Part shown: positions 53,135-64,000 of the stretch, piece after piece
Position numbering within the stretch: position 1 is the stretch's first letter
Layout: every line of letters begins with the position of its first letter
NCBI GenBank assembly: GCA_013239625.1
Contig: MU054100.1
Location: forward strand, 96,580 to 160,579
Direction of reading: 5' to 3'
Length of the DNA: 64,000 bases
Origin: Lama guanicoe
Taxonomy: Eukaryota
The notes under the pieces: model-generated
The model's input: only the letters and a program-made list of their open reading frames with translations
Database searches by the model: none
Told to the model about the DNA's origin: nothing
Program-made: the position numbers and the translations under genes

Positions 53135-53300
53135 GAGTATTAGAGCTGGAAGGGATGGACCAGATCATCCTAGTCCATCTCCTTCATTTTGCATATAAAT
53201 ACATTTGCGTGTCAATGAGCCTAGCCCACTGGGTCATGCAGCTGTTACAGGAAGGGCCAGATCCAGGCTTCATTCTCCCGACTTGCCATGTTGCCTTCGC
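53135..53300 (-). mobile_element. MIR SINE
   Basis: ttagagctggaagggatggaccagatcatcctagtccatctccttcattttgca. Confidence 0.6.
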
Positions 53301-53613
53301 GGATTGTGCATGGGTCCTGGTTATTGCCATGGAACTCTGGCTGAAATAACCAGTTCCACTTGGGCACTGTGAGGACTTGAAGCAAATCTGTAAAACAATG
53401 TATTGTCAGGAGATGATCTGGTTACAGTGCCCAGTTGGCCTTGGTGGTTCAAATCATGCAGGAGGCCAATACTTCCTCAAAGTAGTTAAAGGTGTGAATT
53501 GAATGTTGCTAGTCACCTTAACATTAATTATTTTTCAGTGCTTAAAGATAAAAATAGATCAAGTTCCTGACTTCAGTCATCACTGGTAAGACACGGAAGA
53601 CAGTTTTAATCTT

Positions 53614-53681
53614 TTTTTTTTTATTGAAGTATGGTTGGTTTACAATGTTGTGTTAAGTTCTGGTGTACAGCATAGTGATTC

Positions 53682-53714
<33 letters not shown>

Positions 53715-53968
53715 CACACATATATATATATTCCTTTTAATATTATTTTTCATTGTAGGCCATTACAAGGTACTAACATAGTTCCCTGGGCTATACAGTA
53801 GGACCCTTTTGTTTATCTATTTTATATGTAGTAGTTAGTATCTGCAAATCCCAAACTCCCAATTTATCCCTCCTCACCTCTATTACTCACCTGGTAACCT
53901 TAAGTTTGTTTTCTATGCCTGTGAGTCTGTCTCTGTTTTGTAAATAAGTTCATTTGTGTCATTTTTTT
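53614..53968 (-). mobile_element. Young L1 3' end with a 13-bp TSD
   Basis: T-tail plus attgaagtatggttggtttacaatgttgtg. TSD cagttttaatctt (53601-53613) / cagctttaatctt (53969-53981). Confidence 0.92.
53682..53731. repeat. Compound (AT)n(CA)n(TA)n microsatellite inside the L1 3' UTR
   Basis: Directly visible. Confidence 0.95.
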
Positions 53969-56020
53969 CAGCTTTAATCTTAATTCAGCTACTTTTAGCA
54001 GGTAAAACAATTACACATAAGAAATTGGAGGCATTTGGTTTGGGGATATATATCACTTTAAACAAATTCAACTTCACATAAGCACAATATTGTTTGTTTA
54101 CATTGAAAAATGAATCTTTGAGGTTAAGCAGCATTATTCTGGGTAGAAAGCCTTTCTGTACATAGCAGGCTTCCCTGTTAGGTTCATTTCCTTTGTGTTT
54201 CTTGCATACAGCTTTTCAGGAATCCATCTACATACTATGTGAAGTGAGTCGTTCTTCTCTAAGTCTTGGGGGAGAAACGAAGTTGTATGACCAGTGAATA
54301 TTTACCATGCGTAGAATCCTCTGAATCCACCATTATTCAGACTTGTATTATGGGGTTTTATTCAGTTTGAGATACTAGTGTAACAAATTTGTTTTTCATA
54401 AAGGATGTAGCAAATGCATGGTTTCCTGAGGGACCAAAGTGGAAATGGGAATGAATAAACATAATTTCAGCAGCATCTTGGCAGCGTCTATGTGGGAGGA
54501 GACCCAAGAAAATGAAAACAAATGTCTTCTTGACATGACATCAGCTTTGTACATAACAGGCAATTTATTATAATGGCAGTGATTATGGTTTCATGTGAAG
54601 CATGAGTACCCATGGTGATCTACAAAGAGGAAATCAGGCGTGGAATAAGGAGAGCTCCTTCGAAGATGCCTTAAGTAGATAGATCCATGAGAAAATGCAG
54701 TGTGCTTGGTAAGAGGGGAAGATAAATGTGGACATTGGGCTGATTTGTTGTTTCTCTGTAGCAATGCAATAATTAATATCCTGGGTCTTTGAAGTTGATT
54801 TTCAATAGAGAACACCAAATTATTTCTAATGGGAGTTTCACGTCTCATTGGTTACTTAGTTACTGTTACTGGAATGATTTTATGACATGAAGTTTAGCCT
54901 CCTGATTAATAATACAGCACTCATTATCAAGATAGCTTATTTCATGGCAGGTATAGTTAAAATTCTTGTTTTACAAAGGCTTTTTAGACTCTTACCTCTT
55001 ATACTCCGAGAGTAAGTACATTTTTGAAAAAAAATCTATAATTACTTGCTGCAGTGATTTGACCCCAGTCTTCCCTGTGCCTTTGTGAGAAGTGCAGCAG
55101 GTAACTAAACACCATCCATCTGTCAAACCCAGAGCAACTGTTAAAAAATATCCAGCCCATTTTTTCTCCTGATTTGGAATTTGGTTGCACAACAGCTGTT
55201 AGCAGAGATACAGGTGAAACTTATGTAAATACTGCCATATTCCTTTAAAAATGGAATAAATCACTTTCCACATGCTGTGTGTGAATTAGCATATTTATTC
55301 TTTCATACCTGCCAAATACACCTTCCCCTTGTACAGGTACATAAAATAGGGACCAGAGGAGCATAAAGCCTCTAGCTTATTGCCTAGAGACAATATTTTT
55401 TGAGAAAGAAGTGTTTATGAATTTTTTCCCCAGATATATAAAAGCAATGCCAAAAACATTTTCATCCAGTTTGACTCGAGGACTTCATTTGGCATAAGAT
55501 GCTGAATTTAGATGTGGGAGATATTTCTGAAGGAATCAGATCTGATGTCTTTTTAGTGGCTGTGAGAAATACAACTTGGACGTGCTAGAGCATATCCTCA
55601 TCGGTAGTTTACTCCTCTAACGAGGCCATGACACAGAAAGAAGTCAGAAAAAGAAGAGGAGTTAGCTTATAAGGGCAGTTACATGATTTCCTACCCAACA
55701 GAGTTTTATAACATGTGAAGAACCTAACTCTAACCACCATGCAATGCTTATGTGCATTCTGAATACATCTAAATGCAGGTGGTTCATAGATATTTATGTA
55801 TTTAGTGGATTTTTTCCCCACATGCTGAAAGTTGAGTATTCTGTGCAGATTATGAGCCTCTTAGGGCAGAAATTCTGTCTGATATTCGTCTGTTATGTTT
55901 CATATTTCAACTGACTATATCCTCGAAATTGTGTTCTGTAGAATCCCAACTTGGTAAGTCAGTCTAGGCAAATGTCTTCTTTATTTTTCTTAATGTAGGA
56001 CAAAATTTAAAAATAAATTT

Positions 56021-56301
56021 CAGACATAGAAAATAAACTTATGGTTACCAAGGTGGGAAAAGGAGGGGGGTAGGGATAAATTAGGGATTTGGAATTTGCA
56101 GATACTAACTACTATATATAAAGTAGATAAACAGTAAGGTCCTACTGTGTAGCACAGGGAACTATATTCAGTACCTTGTAATGACCTATAATGAAAAAGG
56201 AGTATTAAAAGGAATATATATATATAATGTATAAATGAATCACTACACTGTACATCAGAAATTAACACAAAATTATAAACTGACTATACTTCAATAAAAA
56301 A
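56021..56301 (+). mobile_element. Young L1 3' end
   Basis: cagacatagaaaataaacttatggttacc...gcacagggaactatattcagtacc...ctgactatacttcaataaaaaa. Confidence 0.9.
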
Positions 56302-56837
56302 GAAACATTTCATTATTGTGAATGACATTAATTAAAAATATAAGCGCTTTATGTTTGTTTATTTCTTTCACATATATTATCTTATTTGATCCTCTTAAAC
56401 CTATATTTATTGACACCTCTTACCTTATTATTACTGTTATATTATTATCCTATAATAATAATATGCATCATGATTATATTATACCCATTTTGCAGTTGAG
56501 AATCATAGCATACATAAAATTCATAATGTTAAATATGATTATAAAATAAATAACAAGATATAAAAAATAAACAGATTACAGGTCAGAATCTTGAGAAAAG
56601 AACTGCATTAAAATTAAAATCTTAATTTTATTACTAATTATTTGTAAAAGTTAATGTAAATGGTTCTGGGCATAACTTTCAGGAGAATAATTTCTTCACC
56701 AGCTGGTAAATGCCTATAATTCTCAGGATTTCTGGAAACACAGCATCTAATTGACACAAGTTTGTGACATGCTTTTTGAACTCTTCTTCTAAAATTGTTT
56801 TTATTTATTTGAGAGTCAGAATATTTAAAGGATGAAA

Positions 56838-56998
56838 TGTTTTTACTAGCTTCATTGAGATAAAATTCACTCTTTAAAGTGTGCAATGTGATAGTTTTTA
56901 GTATGTTTACAGAGTTGTGCAAGCATCATCACAGTCTAATTTCAAACATTTTCATCAGCCCCTAAAGAAACACTCTACTATGAGCAGTCATTCCCCAC
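56838..56998 (-). mobile_element. L1MB-type 3' end
   Basis: agcttcattgagataaaattcac...tttttagtatgtttacagagttgtgcaagcatcatcacagtctaatttcaaacattttcatcagccc. Confidence 0.8.
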
Positions 56999-59530
56999 TG
57001 AGTTATTTTTAATGGAAGAAAGTCAGCTGAGATAAATGCAGTTACTCTAGGGTGTTGTAAAATCAGGGAGAGAATCACTGATGTATAAAAACCTTGGTTG
57101 CAGTGATGGCTCCTTCAGAGTCACTGTCATGGCTTAATTTAGAGTGATGGCTACCAAATGTCTTGCTGAATGTGATGATTTATATGCATTTATAAGTGGC
57201 TTTCTTCAATACAGGTTTTAGTATTTGTCGATAGGAGGCAGTCTAAATGGAAGGAAAGGCTAAGAACTTTTAAAGCTGAGTTTGCATCGCCTGATCTTTC
57301 TATTCAGGGTGTATATATTTTTTGGTCTGGTTGGGGATTAAGAGACCTGTCATGCAGCTTTGTCAACAAGTGAGCTACTCTCTGTACTTAAATCTTGATT
57401 TGGCATGCTTTCACTGTGGCTAATGGAGGCCACTGGGGGTCTAAAGCTGCTCCAGGACCCTTGTATTCATGCAGACATTGTGGTCAGGCTACCCTGTATC
57501 CTAGAGTAAAGCAATTAAATGCTTTTCTTCATTAGGTGCAGGATTCCCACTGACGACTCCTTCTCCACTTGAGTTTTTAAAGGAGCTCACACTCTTGGTC
57601 TAGAACCTCCCGATTTCCTGATTTTACCAGGTAGTCAAATTGGACCTTCTGTCTTTCCCACTCCCACCACCCACTCCCCAAGGCCCACAGCTGAGTGTGA
57701 TTACTTTGCTTCCAACCATGGCTGGGTAACTTGATCACAATTCCTGACTTTCCCTTCTGGAATCTGCCACACCAGGTTAGCAGTCAGAGTTACAAGATCT
57801 CCCTTCTTCCTTCTTTGTGACTCTCACCTGTATTAGCTATTCTCTTGTTTGGTTTCTTTTTTTGTTTCTGATATAATTTATGAATCATTTGTAATTTTAT
57901 TTATTTTTTTCCTGAAATCTTTATTACTTCCTGGTGTTTTTCAATTAGGGGACAAATCCTTTGAAGCCAATAGCCGTATCGAGGTATATTTCTTCGGTTA
58001 GCTGTGAACACAGAGAGCTCCGGGGCTTTAAAAAATACCTCAGAATAAAGTGAATGGGCATTTTTAACTATTTATTTCCTGATCTTGTATTAGAAGCTAG
58101 ATAAAGTGTTCCAAGCTTACCAAGGGACTAAGTATATATTATTTGCTTACTAAGCATTTCTTATTTATTTGAAATGCCTTTTTTTTCTGAGAGGGCAACA
58201 ACAATAATTGGGGAATATGTTTCCAACATGCAAAATGAGTTGTATCTTTCCATAAGCAAGCTTATAATTGGGCTCCTGCAGCCACGCAACATTGCATATT
58301 GTACTTATGAGTCAATTAAAGCACCCTAACAAGTAGTTATGGGTTTATTGTTTAATTCAGTTTTCACCACTCACGCTATTCCACTCAAAATTTGCATATA
58401 TGTCTTTCAGCATGTAATCATAAGCACATATTTTATTCAAATGGGAGTTTTGAAGAATGAGACCTCCAAATACTGTGCTTTCACACTGTGCTCTGCATCA
58501 GGAGAGGAAAAAAAATACAAGGGGGAAAGGAAAACCCTGGGAATATGGCCAAAACTGGCTTTTACTTCTAAATTGACTCATTTGGATAATGACAGGTGAA
58601 AATGTCTTTTCTATTGCATATAATTGTCCCTGAAATGGAATTGCTAGGGTGTCCACTGAGAGGATTAGAGCAGTTACCGTGGTTGGTTGGCATTGGCAGA
58701 GCTCAGGTGATGGACATCCAAAGGGGAAGGGCCTGGGCTTGGTCCTTGAGTGGACAGGTTAGCTTGGTCAGGACGGCAGGGGGCCCCAGTCTCTGTGCCT
58801 GGGAAATGCGATGCTAGGTGGCCTCCTTCCCTGTCCCCACCTATGCTGCTGGGGCTCCTGGCCCTGCCCCGCACCAGTGCTGGCCACCTGGGGGAAGGAT
58901 TAGAGTGGTCCTTCCCTCTCCTCCATGGACAGGGTAACTAGGCCCAGACAAGCTGGGAAGACTAGTCTACACAGCATCTGAGAGCCTACATTGAATGCAC
59001 CCCAACCTTGGTCAGCTTTTGGCTCACAAGCCTGGGGTGGCCTGTGGGAGTGCCTCAGGGCTATTGTCACTACGGTGGACAGGTCAGAGCAGGGTCTCCA
59101 AGATATGCTTGCTGTGAATGAGAGGTTAGAGGCAGCCTTCTTTTCTAGGACATAGAACTTCCAATTCCTTCTAGCTGTTCTCACGCTCTCTTCAATTTTG
59201 TGTATCTCTCTGAAAAGACTGTCCCTTCATGCATTCATGAAGCTGACAGTCGAAGCATTCTAGTTGGATGCGGGGAAAGTGGCATTACATATTGCATGGC
59301 TCAGACTGACCCAAATACTGGTCTTTGTCACTGAAATGCACTTCACTTTTGTTTAGCATAGATAGACATTCTTACTCATGTTTCATCTTGAATAAGAAAT
59401 AAGTCTGCTTATTTTTACTCAGGACATGCAACAGAACATGGGGAGAGTAATTCTGACTTAGAGTGACTGAGGGAAGCCAGGCAGGTTATTGACAAATGAA
59501 GGAATTAATAGGAATGGCGAGGGTGGGAGG

Positions 59531-59678
59531 GGGGTGGGTAGAGGTCCTGCCTGGGTTTAATTCCCAGTACCTCCATATATGTATTTTTTAAAAATTAACA
59601 CAGCTTTGTAAACAAACTATACTTCCATAAATAAGTAAGTAAATAAATAAATAGAAAACTTAAAAAACAAAAGAAAAC
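59531..59678 (+). mobile_element. Internally deleted camelid SINE joined to an L1 terminus and an A-rich tail
   Basis: ggggtgggta-gaggtcctg...ggtttaattcccagtacctcc (B-box-like), then aaattaacacagctttgtaaacaaactatacttc (compare the L1 end at about 56259-56292), then a (TAAA)n/A tail. Confidence 0.65.
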
Positions 59679-59704
59679 CAACCAGCTGTAGGAGCTGGGC
59701 TGGG

Positions 59705-59989
59705 NNNNNNNNNNNNNNNNNNNNNNNNNNNNNNNNNNNNNNNNNNNNNNNNNNNNNNNNNNNNNNNNNNNNNNNNNNNNNNNNNNNNNNNNNNNNNNNN
59801 NNNNNNNNNNNNNNNNNNNNNNNNNNNNNNNNNNNNNNNNNNNNNNNNNNNNNNNNNNNNNNNNNNNNNNNNNNNNNNNNNNNNNNNNNNNNNNNNNNNN
59901 NNNNNNNNNNNNNNNNNNNNNNNNNNNNNNNNNNNNNNNNNNNNNNNNNNNNNNNNNNNNNNNNNNNNNNNNNNNNNNNNNNNNNNNNN
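59705..59989. other. N run, 285 nt (assembly gap or masked sequence)
   Basis: Directly visible. Confidence 0.99.
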
Positions 59990-61597
59990 CTTCATATGCA
60001 TCCTCTCTTACTAGGAGACACATCCATACACCAGCCCGTCACAGGCTTAGTTCACTAGGGCCTCGGCTTGTGTATGTCAGGCTTCGTATTTTTTAAATGC
60101 TTTTTAATTTGTATCCTTGATCCAATCAGCTTTCTCTGCATCCTGTCTGCCATTATGGCTTCAGGGAAAGGGAGGAGACAAATGCCACTTCAGATGGGAG
60201 ATGGACTTTGTGCAGGGAAAGTATCAGTCAGAAAGAATGAAAAGCTCTCCTCCTGCCAGGGTAGGTGGTGGGTAGAAAAAGAGGGGAGATGAAAGTAGAT
60301 TAGAAGGAACCCGTGTCATGGTTTTCCCTGACTCAGGGCTGATGTAGGGGTGGAGAGTTTGGCTAAGGAAAAAAGAGGAAAGCTGAAGGTTTTCTACTCT
60401 GTGTCCTGTTTGGGACTCTGGGAAGAGATGCCCTCCGGGAATGCCACTCCAGAAGGAGGGCCTTAGTGCCTCCCCAGGTGCTTCCTGAGTTTCCTGTGCT
60501 CCAGAGAGAAAGGGGCGTGGCAGCTGCCGGTGCTGGCAGGTCTCACCTGAGAACCTGCCCTGTCTCTCCCAGGGCTCTAGTCCCATGGTCCCCCAGGATC
60601 TTCCACACCAGCAGGTACCAGTGTGGGCTGAGACCTCATCAGCTAGAGGACAGTCTCTGACCGGGCTGAGCGTGAGTCATCAGCCTGAGTTGAGACTTCG
60701 CTGGTGGCCACTCTTCCTGCAGATGCTAGCAAAGACCCAGAGCACTTCTGAAAAGCCTTATGCAGATCTGAGACCCTTGCTGGCTGCTGCAGGCACCCAG
60801 ATTTACCCGAAAATAATTAAATAGGAAGGAAACTCATCAAAATGGCCAAAACTGAGATACATTTTAGTTGGCATTTGTACCTTTCCTGATTACCTGCTAG
60901 GAAGGGAGTGCCTAAGGAGGGTGACACCTGTTTCTAATGAAGTAATTGGAATGGTGTGCAGCTCTCCCCCCTTAGCCTTGGGCTGAAGGGAGGTGGAGGG
61001 GGCTGCCCTGCCCTGCCCTGGCCTCTAGACCTTAGGAGTCCTTCCTCTGGCCTTCTTCCAGCCTGTTCCTTCCCACAGGTGAGGAGCCCCACAGGACCCC
61101 ATGCTTCCCCATCCATTCACTTATTTAAACTCTGCCCAATTGTCAGGACCCCAGAATCCCCTGCCAAACCAATGGCCCTGAGCTAGCTTTAAGGACTTGC
61201 AGGGCCCGGCCCTGTCTTCTGAGTTTGCCTTCAGAGGAAGACTTGCACTGCCTCTCTGTATATCCTAGACCTGTGGGGTGGACAGGAGTGACTGATTCAT
61301 GAATTGAGCTTTGGGGGACAGACTGTAGCGCCCACTCCTAAGTGCAGGGACGTCCCTCCAGGGGTAGAATCCAGCTGGGAGTGAGATGAGAAGGTGGACG
61401 GCAAGAGACCCGGGCCCACAACCCTTACACTGCCCCATTTCAGCCTGAAACTCCAGGTCATCCCAGAGTTTTTACTGGACCCTAATGTTCCCAGTCATGA
61501 AGACGGATACATTAAGGCAGAGTAGAACTGATCTATTACACGTTTGTGCATTTCAATTATAACTTCTCTCTCTTTCCACATGTGGTTTGTGGCCTCC

Positions 61598-61806
61598 TAT
61601 TTTTTTTAAATATAATAACCAAACTGGTTTATTTGAAATCTGATTACTAAAAAAATTTTCAAAATTCAAGGTATTATACATTTTCTAAGGTTCACTCAGA
61701 AGAAAAAGGCTGATGGTTTACAGGGTTTGACCTAAAGGTCCACAGATGTTGTTTTATATTTACAGAGGTTTTAATCTGAAGTGACTTTTGGCAATCATGA
61801 AATAAA
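61598..61806 (-). pseudogene. Candidate retroposed 3'-UTR fragment of unknown origin
   Basis: Flanked by a 19/20 direct repeat (61578-61597 / 61807-61826). On the minus strand, AATAAA (61628-61633) lies 20 nt before an A8 tract (61600-61607) that sits next to the repeat. Confidence 0.5.
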
Positions 61807-64000
61807 ACATGTGGTTTGTGGTCTCCACACATGTTGGCAACCTGCATTGTATCATTGAACTAGTGACCTTGCTACACAGATGTGGAATGTGTAATTGCAA
61901 GTGTTATGAGCCTTATCTAAGGATCTTAGAATGTGCATAGCAAGGGCAGGAAGCTAGCCTGTATCATTGTTTGTTCCTCTGCACAGGCATAAGGTGTGCC
62001 AAGCACCTGGCCGGGCTCCATCTGGGCTGGGTGCATCCTACTCATTCTTCATGCGTCTCCATGGTCCAGGAAAGCTCCTGACTGCCTAGTGTCTGAGGCC
62101 CCTGGAGTTATGTTCTTGTGGGACCCTAGGTGTAGGGTACTTTTATTTCCAGATTTCTTTCATCTGGGTAGCCCAGACCACTAGTGCAAGGTCTGCCCTG
62201 TAGAGCACATTGTCTGCATGTTGATCTAGCAGTTGCTGCCCCCCTCCCCAACTAACCCTCACCTCCCTGCTCCTGGAGGTGCATGTCCCTTGAGCTCTGT
62301 ATCTGAACTGAAGCAGTTCCCGATTGTAGGACAGCAAGCTAATGGAGCCCTTCTATTTTTCCTAGCATCTCACCCTTATTTCCTGGAAATCATGACCTCT
62401 TGAAAGAAATTCTTTTTGCCCTTTTTTGTCAACTATTAGAGTTGAAATCTGTAAGAAGTGACTTCAGGAAAGTGATGCGGGTGTCCTTGGTGAAGGAGAT
62501 AAACATAAGCAGATCTGGGCTCTATCATTTATTTCATCTTTCCAGATAGAACATTATCATTTCTTATCATAAGGCCAGTAAACCCTGCCCTTTTCACATC
62601 ATAACTGAAAAGAAGACAAACTTACCATGGCATGTGTGACTATCAGAGTTGAGAGGTGATGGGGCCAGAAAGACTAGCCATTTAGTAGTGGTTAATAATC
62701 TGCTGATTTCAGTCATCATTAAAGGCTAAGAAGGCTGCCTAACTATCCCACATAAAAGCTGCTGTATTCAAAAAATTAACTCTGAGACACACTCAGAATT
62801 CATACACATCTTTGCTATATTTATTTTGCTAAATTCTCAGATAATTTTACATTTTCTCCCAGGCCATTCCTTTTCATGCTGCTAGAATTGAAAAGAATCA
62901 GGTAACAAGGGAAAGCAATTAGTAACTTGTTTTCCTTCTTGGGTGATTTTTGCTCAGGCTGTGTCTTGATTGAGAGGAAGATAATGCTGAACTCAATTCT
63001 ATATGTTACATACATTGCTAGACACTATGAATAGAAAAATGGGACCCGAGGCATCACAGAGGCTGCTGGAGAGCTCCAGATCACTGGACCCACCTACGTG
63101 GTGACTCTCCCTTAATGAGAAGACCCTGCTGTTGCAGGCAGCTACTCTGAGCTTAGGTGAGTTTCAAACAAAGCACGATGAGAATGTTCTGCAGCTCTCT
63201 GAGCTGATTTTTACATGGGAGTACAGCTTTACTCTAGTGAAGATGACAACATTTCAGGTTTAGTAAATAAAATATAATCTCTGAATTGCCACTGCTCTTG
63301 AACGATTCACCACAGGTAGAAATACATGACAGGCATGGCCAGCAGTAAATGCCTCTTCCTTGCCTGATGGAAAGCACCTTTCTCACTAGTGTGGTACAGC
63401 ACTTTCAATACATAAAAGCACCAAAAGAGAACTCTTAAGATTATGACTTGTAAGTGATATGCTATGAGCCGGAAGATCTGGAAATCAGAGTTCAACTAAA
63501 AAGCAGATGTCTTATGGGTACATTCTCTGTAATGGCTTGTTTTTCCTGTCTGCCTCTTACACATCTTTTCAAGACTGAGGTACCTACTTTGGTAAACCAG
63601 GACTTCCCGATTGGTTATCGCCAGTAGGTAAACTGTAGTATTATGCTACTATTTTCTATTTACCTGCCTGTTACTGCCGCTAATGTAGCTTCTCAGAAAC
63701 TGAATTATTTGTATGTACATGCATATCTGTGTACACACACAGGATGTTTTTATAATTATTCCTAGTTCTTTATATTTTTTGGGACCAAGTGAGTGGATGG
63801 AGAAATGGATGAATGAAAAAGTAGGTCAATTTCAGTAAGTATTAGGGCAGAAGATGTAGTTAATAAGGATCAATGTGTATAAGTGGTCTAAAGTCTAGGC
63901 CACCAGGGAAGTAAGTGACATTAAGAAGTTCTGTTCTCAATCCCGAGGCATAAGCTATTTTTTCTGCCTTATGTTCATTGTTCTTCTGATCAGTAATGAA

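Noticed and set aside
62615..62710. Isolated minus-strand donor motifs (ATG|GTAAGT near 62625; also GAG|GTAAGA near 54995)
   Set aside because: No convincing paired acceptor or recognisable peptide, and such motifs are expected by chance in 64 kb.

Overview
This is AT-rich mammalian genomic DNA, most likely from a camelid (camel or alpaca). The assignment is inferred from fragments resembling the camelid tRNA-derived SINE (Vic-1 type) and from young cetartiodactyl-type L1 3' ends; I saw no Alu, BovB/Bov-tA, PRE-1 or Can-SINE. I could not identify any intact protein-coding gene. The ORF track is short chance ORFs, repeat-derived ORFs and N-run artefacts. Much of the window is interspersed repeats: old L2, MIR, L1M/HAL1-like, MaLR/MLT2 and MER58 copies, four ERV1-type solo LTRs, and several short young L1 insertions with target-site duplications (TSDs). 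Family names come from recalled consensus motifs, not a database search. Three N runs (444, 425 and 285 nt) cannot be read. Most LTRs and L1s lie on the minus strand, suggesting an intron of a plus-strand gene. The best observations are a twin-primed (5'-inverted) L1, a ~210 bp orphan retrocopy-like insert with a 20-bp direct repeat, a near-perfect 3x52-bp tandem triplication, a solo LTR inserted just before an L1 tail, a SINE/L1 chimera and a few candidate exons. I found no convincing new biological system.
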